Notes under the pieces: model-generated
What the model saw: only the letters and a program-made list of their open reading frames with translations
What the model was told of the DNA's origin: nothing
Database searches by the model: none
Made by a program: the position numbers and the translations under genes
Source: a virus
Taxonomy: Duplodnaviria; Caudoviricetes
Strand: one strand, 5' to 3'
IMG/VR virus record: IMGVR_UViG_3300023503_000001
Coordinates: 1 to 54,472 of that record
Length of the DNA: 54,472 bases
Shown: positions 35,301-44,016 of the stretch, piece by piece
How positions within the stretch are numbered: the first letter of the stretch is position 1
How the letters are laid out: every line of letters starts with the position of its first letter

Positions 35301-35643
35301 TTTATCTGGTACATTACTATTTGAAACATATGGTAGTAATGGTTTACTTGATTCTATTAATGTGACAATAGATCGTACTCAACAAATGCATATTGCGATT
35401 GAATGGTCGGGTTTAAATATAGGCGATATTCTTACAATTTATGTAAATGGTCAAAAACAAATAGTTTATACATTTACATCTACGTGGTCTTTGCCTACCA
35501 CTGATCTATACTTAGGTCAAAATACTTTAGTATCTTCTTCTGGATGTGTTTGTTGTATTTCACATTTAGTTTTAAATAATGAGCTTATTGGCGAATTTGA
35601 AATTGCGTCTTTAGCAAATTTCATGGAGAAAACAAATGCTTAA
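29392..35643 (+). CDS. Tail tip / host-specificity protein (GTA megatron-like) with C-terminal LamG-like lectin domains
   Basis: GPRL, IP..YGT.RLAG..IW, PAYKGLAY, LLRGRRGT, WTRRTR; G.LDE....L LamG signatures. Confidence 0.9.
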   Translation: MAVLALSVAGAAIGGTLASEAVLFGLTGAQIGWTLGGIVGNMLFGPDDVSQQGPRLEDTSVSSAAEGAVIPVLYGTGRLAGQVIWADDLVEHVHVQSSGGKGGGPSVTSTSYTYTASFAVSFGLNKNTKLLRLWANKKLIYDATNNSDLAFNLNLNFVFYDGTQEEPDATIEASVGLGNCPAYKGLAYIVLNDLDLSEHFGNRIPSIEAELSHDTSISHSVGSTWAYPYEAPTPANMPTPANMPPPNYSTITRHPLTGFFDGQYYYIQTRVDYSRYSLDYSFIYRQNLKNDQLEEVVRLNDIFNVKPTWIGDEYLSTGYFYASSNPSDIDSFVCLKQNAKTEGLICFYNIENRQSNYFNYQTPVAITSTNSHLILGETANTLLIYCKNSYSTIGYFGKINKHLRGGLFNTQTVYLEEWDTFSTNSYNYHLIIDWATDKYFYIDEDTSGKYLQETNTTFSSNPKIYLQYASSYTGPDILNDFWATLRYLYVSIYGAIKWGIYCADINETWYILRNFTDGYPYLIQLEATGELFHAIKLPTDLSSFTSKFEAAGGLRYHGGYITFAYGSGYTERLIKFNPVTKELIEIQTNAGYFPVGIYYLPEKLSYTGLVHYLSYLGPNNTNQVDALNFFLLREGLASNKIWLQDVILDICKTAGLKDNELDVTNITQQLTGYIRTRLSAAKNELQNLTTFAQLDAIIHDWKLTFVSKNRDFSLALVENDFALESETSNNLYDFKSPIITDLPKKFILEYSSSDQLYEIATAQSIWATGKTERVVNLQLPIIMSDQEALALAEFLHQLSINTVSLSFNLSDAYIQLEPTDILKITLNGKDYTLIINRIDYGLNRLLKIESILYDKNYLTSYGEAGGTSDRLPNLTDNPFYECIILDTPLLRDVDLDQPGPYLVPYSLTNVYKTAHLFTSPDSLNYSLEKSVSGELTIGYVEFQPTDITSYGEYDYINTLVVTLFSGQLSSTTEAALLKGANVFAWGQEGRWEICQFESVELIDTNKYLLKKLLRGRRGTNKFINTHQVNDKFILLDSNKIVRQQLVLNDIASTYYYKFLASQQTLADVTAKSFTINDNALKPFSPINITYDDNNGDLIFTWTRRTRRNGFYYNLYDSVGGSLQEDFEKYKIELYDTNNILIRSEFVTTATYTYTLVQRIQDAVFDNFTIKIYQQSAVVEDGFDEVYTYLSSVDVDLNLYFSTALSFDSAYILPIVQPYLSGYGTKYGLNYGGDAFNYYFSSQNNIEIKGHSVVSIQSDGTDELAYIRPKIFPSSYQFLFKIKGVPTSGTIPFFLERYNDSPESPFIGLALVNGRFNRAIRYNFNSGISYYYSGVTYNGSDFYVKVIYSQKNEEITFYMSYDLENWTFISTEQIAYLPLPCLCGNTSVVATFELIEYSPEIIVSKDLNATYVEMCSKLGAVVHWSFDELSGQTAIDSIGSLNGTYNNTILTQTPLQLESDYSIKFNTGGFISTPLNLTNNTDITISCFFKSPIQLPSTMKVICSLGDTINETDKKVLYISQGYVYADGSKNLTNLFISFGDTYLDTKVAINDDLIHHLIVSVKTNEVKIYLDNQLLTYEYNNTIGNIDLTGSQPLLIGAKTTTDTAFNWHGYLDEFSVFTEVLPYAKINQLFKRSISTYAQFIYQLKPYAYYPLNDLRVNDFSGNEFNLVTSNALVLTNSLVANKKDSALQFDGTAYVKTNTPALTSVATICLWVTFDSSASTVKNIIYSTGQPDSTQGEKIEIGYIDELGTSSLAVFFGGNYIKDSSLRNIKDDAVHFICVVLGPTIDATELYLDGIKLTTVKNNTTVEKSTIDLGYTYLGRSVDAVSNNHKGKLDEVTIFNKKLTPEQILVLYKIGKQTYSSLALTKSTFAYFKFEKTLNLIEIKDEYLQLTSTDFNLISLESGNLIEETGCKFIAETSYVKIINLNNSLNTLKGFNFITAIDSQLTAKSSIISFVNQTLTQGFILSYTLSGTLLFETYGSNGLLDSINVTIDRTQQMHIAIEWSGLNIGDILTIYVNGQKQIVYTFTSTWSLPTTDLYLGQNTLVSSSGCVCCISHLVLNNELIGEFEIASLANFMEKTNA
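30085..30123. repeat. 18-bp tandem duplication (PTPANM x2)
   Basis: CCTACTCCTGCTAATATG twice, in frame. Confidence 0.9.
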
Positions 35644-35866
35644 TAAAATTACTTATTTATTTGAAGAGCTAAAGTTAAGTCGTAGAATAACTTTATATTT
35701 TACGCTCTATCTTACATACTTTAGTGTGCACGAAAGTTTCGCATTTGCGAAAGATGCTTCAGATTTAACAGGTACCGCTGCTATTATCAGTGCAATAATG
35801 ATACCTGTTTCTGGCTTACAAGGTTTTGTGTTTAAACATTATCAAATAGGTCGTAACAATGGATAA
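35636..35866 (+). CDS. Holin-like membrane protein
   Basis: Two TM helices, in lysis cassette. Confidence 0.6.
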   Translation: MLNKITYLFEELKLSRRITLYFTLYLTYFSVHESFAFAKDASDLTGTAAIISAIMIPVSGLQGFVFKHYQIGRNNG

Positions 35867-36386
35867 TATTTTAGATATATTAGGTGTAGGAGCCTCTGTC
35901 GCTAGTGGCGGACTCTTTGGATTGTTAGGTTCTGTATTTTCTTGGTGGTCAAAACAAAAAGAAAGAAAATTACGTCTTGAAGAAAAAAGAGAAGAATGGC
36001 GGCAGCAAAAAGAGTTAATTCAATTACAACAACAAAGTAGTATGCAACAAGGTAGTTGGCAGGGTTTAGCTGTATCTCTTCAAGATGAAGCAACCTTAAA
36101 CTCACAACCCAATTATAGATGGGTAATTGCTGTAAAATCTTTATTTAGACCATTTATAACTACCTTTTTATGGGTTATGGTAGGTTTTGAAGCCTATATG
36201 CTCTTAACAGGAAGAATAGACTCGACTATTCGTGCAATAAGTGAAGGAACTGTTTTATTTGATTTTAATATGCTACAAGTTTTAGTTAAATACATTATAT
36301 ATAGTACAGTCTTCTGTGCAGTAGCAGCTACTTTGTGGTGGTTTGGTGAACGCGCAGTTTTACCTCCTGAACTAAAAAATAGGTGA
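35859..36386 (+). CDS. Holin-like protein (3TM GTA-holin-like)
   Basis: W......RP..T and WWFGER motifs; precedes endolysin. Confidence 0.65.
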   Translation: MDNILDILGVGASVASGGLFGLLGSVFSWWSKQKERKLRLEEKREEWRQQKELIQLQQQSSMQQGSWQGLAVSLQDEATLNSQPNYRWVIAVKSLFRPFITTFLWVMVGFEAYMLLTGRIDSTIRAISEGTVLFDFNMLQVLVKYIIYSTVFCAVAATLWWFGERAVLPPELKNR

Positions 36387-36390
36387 TAAT

Positions 36391-36765
36391 ATGGGTGATT
36401 TAACAAAAAATTTTAGCACACATGAATTTGCCTGTCCTTGTTGTGGACAAGCTTTTATGGATAAAGGTTTTATGTTTAGGCTACAAAGATTACGAGAAGA
36501 GTATGGTAAATCTTTTAGTCCAGTAAAAGGAGGAGGTTATCGTTGTGTTAATTATGCTAAGTCTAAATGTACAGCGCACAGAGAAGGGAAAGCTATAGAT
36601 CCGGATATACCTAAAGAAGATTATTTTATTTTTATAAAATTAGCCATGAAGCATGGCTTTACAGGAATAGGTGTAAAAAATAAAAAAGGGCATTATCAAT
36701 TACATATTGATGATGCCCTAGAAATTAAAGGAATAAGACCTAGACCATATTTCTGGTCTTACTAA
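36391..36765 (+). CDS. Endolysin, peptidase M15 family
   Basis: NFS..EFACPCCG, GYRC, H..GKA.D, GIG, HID. Confidence 0.9.
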   Translation: MGDLTKNFSTHEFACPCCGQAFMDKGFMFRLQRLREEYGKSFSPVKGGGYRCVNYAKSKCTAHREGKAIDPDIPKEDYFIFIKLAMKHGFTGIGVKNKKGHYQLHIDDALEIKGIRPRPYFWSY

Positions 36766-36981
36766 TTGCCCCGCCTCTTCGCGCCCTTTATTGGGCGCGC
36801 TTTTTACTTTATTGACTAAATAAAGTATACCAATAGATTCTTTTATTGCTAAGTTTAGCTTTTTAGTTGCTTTTTTATATTTAGCCACTGATTCGGCTTG
36901 ATATGCCTCAATTAAAAGCTTCCTAACAAGGTCTGCTTTTATAATCGCATCATTTAATTTCAGGTCATACATTTTTCTCAT
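36718..36981 (-). CDS. Hypothetical protein
   Basis: 87-aa ORF at end of the replication operon. Confidence 0.5.
   Translation of the reverse strand: MRKMYDLKLNDAIIKADLVRKLLIEAYQAESVAKYKKATKKLNLAIKESIGILYLVNKVKSAPNKGREEAGQLVRPEIWSRSYSFNF
36781..36810 (+). terminator. Terminator of late operon
   Basis: GCGCCC-TTTATT-GGGCGC followed by GCTTTTTACTTT. Confidence 0.6.
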
Positions 36982-38047
36982 TCTCCCAACATTTAGCTAC
37001 AGCGTGAAATGGCAGATTTTCTGTCGTCCATTGACTGAATTGTATAACTAATTTTTGACCAATATATTTTTCTTTATTAGACAAATAGAAAAACTTATCA
37101 TCAAAAGTTCCTGGTAAAACTACGTCAAAAAACTTTCCTTCTTTTGTGACACATTTAGCCATAGGATGATTTTTCTCGGAGAGAAAAATATCAACTACTT
37201 CAAACTCATCATCCTCAAAATGTTTAATCTTAATTAAGCTTTTTGATCTTTTTCCTATTTCATAAGGAATGCCAGGCAGACGTAGTATAATTCCTTCATA
37301 ACCTTCACCTCTAGAGATAGCCATCGCAGCTGAGATAGAAAAACCACTCTCTTCTGTAATCGCAAAAGTAGGAACTAATTTAGCATTATCACCTAATTTT
37401 AATGTATTTAATAATTGCCACCTAAATTTAAAAGACATTGTTTCTACGCAGTCAAAGACTCGTAATTTTATTTTCTTTGTTCCTTCTTGTGGAACAGTTA
37501 GCCATGATCTCAGAATATTTAAGGGCGTTCCATGGTGATAGAGCTCGCCGTCTATAGTTAGACCTTCTGGGAGCTCCATCCCTTCTAAAATATGATCTAT
37601 AGTTGTTATTCTTTTTCCATTTCTTGAATATGCGATTAATTCACCATCTTTGTTTGTAATTAAGCATCTATTGCCATCATATTTAAATTGCCACCAAGCC
37701 CCTAAGAAATCAATATTTTTAACACGATGCCATGGTTGAGCTAACATAGGCTTATGGAAACCTAATACATTTGTACGTCCTTTTTTTGCTTCTTTAATTG
37801 TTTCTTTATATCCTTTTAATTTTTGTTTATTAATTCGGCTTTCAACTCTAGACTTTATCTGCTGGTATACAGAACGTCCGCCTTTACCGACAGTTACTTC
37901 TTCAAATGTATCTTGTAAAGCACCTCCTAAATGCCCATGTGAGATTTTAATAGTATTATTATTTAATACAGAAATTCGCCACACACGCAGTTTATTGTCT
38001 GCACCAAGATAATAAAGTTTTGTAGGCTGAATGCTAAAAAGATTCAT
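36965..38047 (-). CDS. ATP-dependent DNA ligase
   Basis: PMLA, KYDGNR, DGELY, EGIILR, KRS..L.K.K. Confidence 0.93.
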   Translation of the reverse strand: MNLFSIQPTKLYYLGADNKLRVWRISVLNNNTIKISHGHLGGALQDTFEEVTVGKGGRSVYQQIKSRVESRINKQKLKGYKETIKEAKKGRTNVLGFHKPMLAQPWHRVKNIDFLGAWWQFKYDGNRCLITNKDGELIAYSRNGKRITTIDHILEGMELPEGLTIDGELYHHGTPLNILRSWLTVPQEGTKKIKLRVFDCVETMSFKFRWQLLNTLKLGDNAKLVPTFAITEESGFSISAAMAISRGEGYEGIILRLPGIPYEIGKRSKSLIKIKHFEDDEFEVVDIFLSEKNHPMAKCVTKEGKFFDVVLPGTFDDKFFYLSNKEKYIGQKLVIQFSQWTTENLPFHAVAKCWENEKNV

Positions 38048-38050
38048 TGA

Positions 38051-38551
38051 TTAGTCCTCATAAACGGCCAATAAAACTGCGTCAGCGCGGTCTACATCTT
38101 TCTTTCTGGTTAAGTATCTAGCAGTCTCAGGAAACATTTTTAAAACATATTGCCTCGCTGCATCTTTTTCAGTAGCTTGTAAGAAAAAATGACGTTTCCA
38201 TTTTTGAGGCGTAATTAATTTATATTCAATATCTAAAGCAACACAAAGAGCCTCAGGCCAACATGCTGCGTAGCCAAAATTGAAGCTAGCAATTGCACTT
38301 TGTTTTGTAAACGCTTGAACCTTTTCTATATGGACAATTAATTTTCTGTCACTAGCAAAAGCCATATTTTTCCAAGCTTCTAAAATTTCAAATAAATATT
38401 TACCGTTTATTGATTTTTTCTTTTTCTTTGTGGTTAAAATTTGTTCAGTCATAGGCATATCAATTATGCCTACAATTTCATTAGCTTGTTTATCATAAAC
38501 AGCAAGGGCTCCAGTTGCCCCTGGATCGATACCTATAATTATTGGTTCCAC
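38051..38551 (-). CDS. RuvC-like Holliday junction resolvase
   Basis: IGIDPG..GA, IEKV, PQKWK, D.ADAVL. Confidence 0.88.
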   Translation of the reverse strand: MEPIIIGIDPGATGALAVYDKQANEIVGIIDMPMTEQILTTKKKKKSINGKYLFEILEAWKNMAFASDRKLIVHIEKVQAFTKQSAIASFNFGYAACWPEALCVALDIEYKLITPQKWKRHFFLQATEKDAARQYVLKMFPETARYLTRKKDVDRADAVLLAVYED

Positions 38552-40563
38552 CAGTGTCTTTCTCCTATGTCAATTTTTTCTTTAGCTTCTGCCCATGAAG
38601 GACCTTTTTCCATCTCCATAATAATAGGAACATTAAACTCTATAGCTGTTTCCATAATCTCTGCTAATTGTACAAATTCATTATGGAGATCAGGATGATA
38701 CCCTAAATCCAATTCATCATGTACTTGTCCATAAATTGGTATTCTATTAAATAGACCTTCTTTATAAGCTAAAACCATTCCTTTCTTAATGAGATCCGCC
38801 GCCGATCCTTGTAGCCTATAATTTAAAGCTTTATATGTTTCTGCGCGGCGGATTGCTTTACCATAACGAGAAACAGCTGCTTCATACGGCAAAGGATAAC
38901 CTTTACCTCTAATTGGCTCCCATTTATCAAATGTAGTTCGTCTATTTAAGATAGTTCTAATTTCACCTTGTCGCTGTGCTATTTGAGAGCATTCTTCCAG
39001 CAAGCGTTTAGCTATAGGGAATTTTTTATGATAATGTGTTATAAATAAATTAGCTAATTGCTCTACTGGTTTAGATAGAACATTAACTCCAAAACTTTTA
39101 ATTAGGTCATAAATTTCCTCCATTGTGAAAATCATGCCCATTTGTGATGTTATTGTTGCCTTGCCACCACCGTACACTAATGAAAAATTCATTGTTTTGA
39201 CGGCGATTCTTGGTAATTTACCACCAAGCTCTTTTCCTACATAAGCATGATAATCAGTAAATGGATCATCTCTATATTGTTGTATCAAATCTTTATCATT
39301 CGAGAAATGAGCTAACATCCGTAGCTCAATCGAACTATAGTCAGCTTTTACCCATTCATATCCTTCTTCTGGAAGAAAGCAAGACCTAATTAAAGGTCCT
39401 ATTTCTTTATCTCTTGATGGAATTTGTTGAACAGCTGGTTGACTCGCAGCAAAACGACCTGTTACCGTTCCTCCTGAATCTGATCTTAAAGGATGAAATG
39501 AAGGATGCACACGTCCATTTGTATGTTTTTCTAAAATAGCCCCTTTTAGGAAGGTATCTCTAGCTTTTGTATATTTTCTAATATCAATAATTAATTTTGA
39601 AGCTTCATCATATTGGCGCTCTAACCATGCTTTCTTGAAACTAGGATTACCTTTTTCTGTATATTCATATTTAATCCCAGCTTTATCATAAAGATATTGT
39701 AAATCATTTGTAGAATCTACATTAATTTCTCTACCTGCGAGTTCATTTAATCGTTGCTGTTTTTCATTTATTAATTTTGTTACTTTTTGACTTGAAAAAT
39801 ATGCACGCTCCTCTGAAATTGGGATGCCTCTTAACCTCATCTGTATAAGTAAGTCAATTAGATCACACTCTAACCTAAAAACATCAAGTAAGTTTAGAAT
39901 ATCTAATTGACTCCATTGTTTCTTAAGAATTTGAAAAGGCAAACGAGCGTCTGCTTCAGCGTAGGGGCCAACTAACGCAGGAGGTGCCCTCCAAATATTT
40001 TTTCTCTGAGAGCCATCTGGTTTTCCACCATAAGCCCTAGAACACCATTCATAGAGCTCATTACTACTCTTGCCTTCTCCTAAATATTTTTTTGCAATAT
40101 TATCTAGTGCATAAGAATACGCATTACCATCTAAAACAGCCTCAGCGAATTGTACATCATATTTACGACCACCTACATAAATATTTTCCGTAGTTAACCA
40201 ACCTACATCATATAAAGCATTCGCAAAAACTTTATCTTTATTATCTTGTAAAAGATCTCGCAAATACGAAAAAACATTGTCAGGATTTAAATTATCTTGA
40301 GAATCTATTTTATGTCTAACAGGAAAATACCACGCAGCATCTACTGTCGCGATAGAAACTCCAACTATATGGCCTACTCCCCTTCCCCATCCAGGACCTA
40401 TTGTCAATAGCTCTGGGTCATATGTTTCTGTATCGATTGCAATTGACTTCGCAGATGATAAATTAGGAAAATCTTTTGGTGGTGTCCATTTTTTTGAATA
40501 AGCAGGCAAAGAAACTCTTGTTTCTTTTTTTACATCTTTAAAAGGCTTTATATCAAACAGCAC
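38539..40563 (-). CDS. polA: Family A DNA polymerase with 3'-5' exonuclease
   Basis: IDTET exo I; DYSSIELR (A), KTMNFSLVYG (B, Phe at the 762-equivalent site), VHDEL (C). Confidence 0.96.
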   Translation of the reverse strand: MLFDIKPFKDVKKETRVSLPAYSKKWTPPKDFPNLSSAKSIAIDTETYDPELLTIGPGWGRGVGHIVGVSIATVDAAWYFPVRHKIDSQDNLNPDNVFSYLRDLLQDNKDKVFANALYDVGWLTTENIYVGGRKYDVQFAEAVLDGNAYSYALDNIAKKYLGEGKSSNELYEWCSRAYGGKPDGSQRKNIWRAPPALVGPYAEADARLPFQILKKQWSQLDILNLLDVFRLECDLIDLLIQMRLRGIPISEERAYFSSQKVTKLINEKQQRLNELAGREINVDSTNDLQYLYDKAGIKYEYTEKGNPSFKKAWLERQYDEASKLIIDIRKYTKARDTFLKGAILEKHTNGRVHPSFHPLRSDSGGTVTGRFAASQPAVQQIPSRDKEIGPLIRSCFLPEEGYEWVKADYSSIELRMLAHFSNDKDLIQQYRDDPFTDYHAYVGKELGGKLPRIAVKTMNFSLVYGGGKATITSQMGMIFTMEEIYDLIKSFGVNVLSKPVEQLANLFITHYHKKFPIAKRLLEECSQIAQRQGEIRTILNRRTTFDKWEPIRGKGYPLPYEAAVSRYGKAIRRAETYKALNYRLQGSAADLIKKGMVLAYKEGLFNRIPIYGQVHDELDLGYHPDLHNEFVQLAEIMETAIEFNVPIIMEMEKGPSWAEAKEKIDIGERHWWNQ

Positions 40564-41410
40564 TTGCTAATACTCCTTGAAAATTTACGCCTTTGAAATA
40601 AACTTTATGCTGATCAAAATAATAATAAGCGCTATTTTCTATAAATCTTTTAAATTTTCTTGTGTCATATTTTCCTTGTCCAATAATACCCTCTATTAAA
40701 GAAGTAGCTCTTTCATTTTTAATAAAATGAGCGCCATCAGTTTTAAACTGGATATAATCTGCGGCGTCTATTAAATTATTTCTTAGTTTATCTGGAATTA
40801 GTTGCCAATCTAAACTAACTTCGAAAAAAGCATCAGTAGAGGGAAAATCTAGCTCTAAACCAGAAACAATAATATAAAAGTTAGGTCCTTTAAACCACAA
40901 TCTATTATTTAATATAGCATATTCTTCTATGCCTGAAGGAAGTTTACAATTTACAAAGATTCCTTCTTCTTTGTATCTATAATTCAAATACAGCCTAAAA
41001 ATATGCTGGCTAGATAATACTTCAATAAATGATCCTGCCATTCGTATGCCAGGATATTCATTATCTATAAATGAATTAGCGAAATTCCAAGCTTTGACAA
41101 TTTCTTTATCTGTCCAAAAATGAACAGATTGTGGTACCTTAGGAATTTTTTCTTTTGCTAATTTATTAAATACAATTTGTTGGGTTTCATCAAATAGGGT
41201 TAATGTTTCTTCTGTTTCATCAATGAAAAAGTTAGTATCTAACTTTTTCATAGCTTGGACAAATATTTTAGCGTCTACAGCTGTATTTACCTTTTTAAAT
41301 CGTTTATCTATTACTAAATAACCAATAGACCCTTTTAAGGCGAATAGAAGACCATTACTAATGGTAATAACATCACATGTTTTAAATTGAGACAATAATT
41401 TCATTGTCAA
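40553..41410 (-). CDS. Possible sliding-clamp-like processivity factor
   Basis: 285-aa alpha/beta pattern adjacent to polA; weak resemblance only. Confidence 0.45.
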   Translation of the reverse strand: MTMKLLSQFKTCDVITISNGLLFALKGSIGYLVIDKRFKKVNTAVDAKIFVQAMKKLDTNFFIDETEETLTLFDETQQIVFNKLAKEKIPKVPQSVHFWTDKEIVKAWNFANSFIDNEYPGIRMAGSFIEVLSSQHIFRLYLNYRYKEEGIFVNCKLPSGIEEYAILNNRLWFKGPNFYIIVSGLELDFPSTDAFFEVSLDWQLIPDKLRNNLIDAADYIQFKTDGAHFIKNERATSLIEGIIGQGKYDTRKFKRFIENSAYYYFDQHKVYFKGVNFQGVLASAV

Positions 41411-41816
41411 GATCTACCTTAAATGTGTTTCCAGTCCAAAGCTCTTTAGATTTTGGCCAAGAGTGATGAAATTCAAAAATAAATAAATTTTGAATATTTG
41501 TAGCCATAATTGCTTGCATACATGATACACAAGGACTCAACGTGCTATAAATATTATAAGCATCCTGGATTGCACGACACGCAGTTATTGCACTTATTTC
41601 TGCGTGGGCAGCTACACAACTTTTTCCCGGTAAATGTCCTCCACAAGGGACCTCTTGGCAAGCTGGTAACTTTCTAGGTGGGCTATTATAACCTATAGAC
41701 AATACTCTATTATTTTTATCGGTTAAAATAGCTCCAACCTGTCTATCAATGCAGCCAGAACGTTTGCTTGCGAGCAACGCCATTTGCATATAATATATAT
41801 TAATATTAACCCTCAT
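41382..41816 (-). CDS. dCMP deaminase
   Basis: RS.C..RQVGA, GYN, HAE, PCVSC. Confidence 0.92.
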   Translation of the reverse strand: MRVNINIYYMQMALLASKRSGCIDRQVGAILTDKNNRVLSIGYNSPPRKLPACQEVPCGGHLPGKSCVAAHAEISAITACRAIQDAYNIYSTLSPCVSCMQAIMATNIQNLFIFEFHHSWPKSKELWTGNTFKVDLDNEIIVSI

Positions 41817-42067
41817 TAAAACGCTTCTCTATAAAAACCTTTATTTGTTTCATAACCAAATATGATTGGTTCTTTTTGCTCTTCATCTACAAAAATTATA
41901 CATCCATTTATACGTTTACCTGTATAACCTTTTGCCGAGGTGAGTCTTAATGACTTACATTCTATTACTAATTCTTTATGAGCTTCTTTACTTAAAGACA
42001 CAGCTGTAGGATACTCACCAAATTCATAAATAAAACGTTCTTTAGCTTTAATCAACTCTTTTAACAT
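41816..42067 (-). CDS. Hypothetical protein
   Basis: 83-aa coupled ORF. Confidence 0.7.
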   Translation of the reverse strand: MLKELIKAKERFIYEFGEYPTAVSLSKEAHKELVIECKSLRLTSAKGYTGKRINGCIIFVDEEQKEPIIFGYETNKGFYREAF

Positions 42068-42876
42068 TACAAAGCCATCTCTGCTTCTATTGCTGGATAA
42101 TGTTTATAATTAATTAATGATGCGTCTTCTGGTTTAAAAGAAAAGACTGAACAATCATTAGAGAGACTTAATCGTGGAGATCTATATGGTGTTCTCCATA
42201 ATTGTTCGTTAACTTGTTCTAAATGATTTAAATAAATATGTGTATCACCAAGATATACTTTTAATTGACCAGCTTTTAAGCCTACTGTTTTGGCAATTAA
42301 ATGTGTGAGTAAAGCATAAGATGCTATATCAAAAGGTAAGCCTAAAAATACATCACAACTGCGCATATAAAAAGATAAATCTAAAAAAGATTGTCTTCGT
42401 ACATATACTTGCCAGAAAATATGACAAGCTGGTAAGCATTGACGTTTTTCAGCTGGGTCCCACGCTGACACAACCATACGTCTATCAGTTGGATTATTTT
42501 TTATAGTTTCAATTAAATTAGTTAATTGATCAACTCCGTTAAAATCTCTCCATTTTGCTCCGTAAATTAATCCCATATCGTCAGGACCACGACAATATTC
42601 AGATTCTTGCCATGAAGGTGCATTTGCGTTTGCGTCCCATATTTTAGTGCCAAGTTCCCTCATTTCAGCTGCAGAAGTTACTCCACGTAAAAATCCAGCT
42701 AATTCAGCGCAGACTGAATTAAAATATAATTTTTTTGTTGTCACGACTGGAAAACCTCGTAAGAGGTTAAACTGCAGAGTGCATCCAAAAACTGAAAGAG
42801 TGCCTACGCCTGTGCGATCTTGACGTTTTTCGCCATTTCGCATAACATCGCTCAGAAGATTTAAGTAATTTTTCAT
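42067..42876 (-). CDS. thyA: Thymidylate synthase
   Basis: DRTGVGT, TTKK, LPACH, RSCD.FLGLPFD, HIY.NH. Confidence 0.96.
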   Translation of the reverse strand: MKNYLNLLSDVMRNGEKRQDRTGVGTLSVFGCTLQFNLLRGFPVVTTKKLYFNSVCAELAGFLRGVTSAAEMRELGTKIWDANANAPSWQESEYCRGPDDMGLIYGAKWRDFNGVDQLTNLIETIKNNPTDRRMVVSAWDPAEKRQCLPACHIFWQVYVRRQSFLDLSFYMRSCDVFLGLPFDIASYALLTHLIAKTVGLKAGQLKVYLGDTHIYLNHLEQVNEQLWRTPYRSPRLSLSNDCSVFSFKPEDASLINYKHYPAIEAEMAL

Positions 42877-43589
42877 ATTTTTTCACCTGTGAGAGTATAG
42901 AAGGCTTCCCTAAGAAGATTTTCATCAACTCCTTCTTTTTTCGCTTCAAAATATGCTACAGTTAGATCAACTTTTAGAATGTCTAATGCCTCAATTACAG
43001 ACATTTTTTTCTTTGTTTTCTTTTTTGGTTGTTTTTCTTCAACTAATTCAGCGTCTAATTTATTTCCTTCTTCGTCTTTAACATCTACTTTAAAAGGATT
43101 ATCTTCTTCGTCGCTATCCTCTTGCTCGATATTAGATATGTTTTCAGTAATCTTTTTCGATTTTTCTTTTTTCTTAGTTTGTTGCTTTTCTTCTTTTATC
43201 GTTTCTTTAATTGCTTGTATATCCTTAACTGTTGACGCAGGCGTAATATCTCCAAGATTAACAAATTCATCTAATTTATCATAAGGTAATTGAGTCAATT
43301 CATAAAGACTACGCGAACTAGCGGGAAGACTAGAACTATATTTAATCAATTTTTCAGCGTTGCGGCCTATTTTAGCAAATTGACTAGCACTAGAATTACT
43401 TAAGCCCCACTTTTCTAGTGCTAATTCTTGAAAATCATATTCAGGTGAACCTTCACACCTGTCTTTCAAAGTATATACAATTTTAGCGAAGACTAAAAGA
43501 CTTTCTACAGTTTTTTTCTGAAACTGAATACCAAGATCAATTAGATCGTCAATTGTAGCTGCTGCGTTTATTGTCTCTTGTAAATTCAT
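42873..43589 (-). CDS. DUF3102-like DNA-binding protein
   Basis: Helical N-domain with LP.S...LYEL; charged linker. Confidence 0.55.
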   Translation of the reverse strand: MNLQETINAAATIDDLIDLGIQFQKKTVESLLVFAKIVYTLKDRCEGSPEYDFQELALEKWGLSNSSASQFAKIGRNAEKLIKYSSSLPASSRSLYELTQLPYDKLDEFVNLGDITPASTVKDIQAIKETIKEEKQQTKKKEKSKKITENISNIEQEDSDEEDNPFKVDVKDEEGNKLDAELVEEKQPKKKTKKKMSVIEALDILKVDLTVAYFEAKKEGVDENLLREAFYTLTGEKI

Positions 43590-43771
43590 TATTCTGCTTC
43601 CTCAAAAGTGTCACAAAAAGTTACATCGTCTTCCATACAATACCCAGTCATATCTACATTTGATGGTAGATGTTCTATATCAAAATTTAATGCATCTTCA
43701 TCGGCCTTCTTACATTTACCTTCTTCAGTACAATATTTACAACTTATCGCCATCTTGCTATAAACTCCCAA
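43589..43771 (-). CDS. Small Cys4 protein
   Basis: CKYC...C...C...C. Confidence 0.6.
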   Translation of the reverse strand: MGVYSKMAISCKYCTEEGKCKKADEDALNFDIEHLPSNVDMTGYCMEDDVTFCDTFEEAE

Positions 43772-44016
43772 GTTTCTTTATCAAATTGCTTTTGTAAAAC
43801 AGAAATAAGCTTAATAATTTCTTTTTCAGATAAAGCATTCCAAATTGCTATAGCATTTTGAACTGTTTTAGTACTCTCAGGATGACGCTCTAAAAGAGTT
43901 CTTATTAAAATAGCTTTCTGAGCTTCAGATGCTGACGAAATATATCTCACACATTTCCGTAAAAATGCATTGGCTTCTTTTTCGTCAATTTCTTTATTTT
44001 CCATAACGTTCAACAT
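43744..44016 (-). CDS. Hypothetical protein
   Basis: Packed ORF. Confidence 0.6.
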   Translation of the reverse strand: MLNVMENKEIDEKEANAFLRKCVRYISSASEAQKAILIRTLLERHPESTKTVQNAIAIWNALSEKEIIKLISVLQKQFDKETWEFIARWR

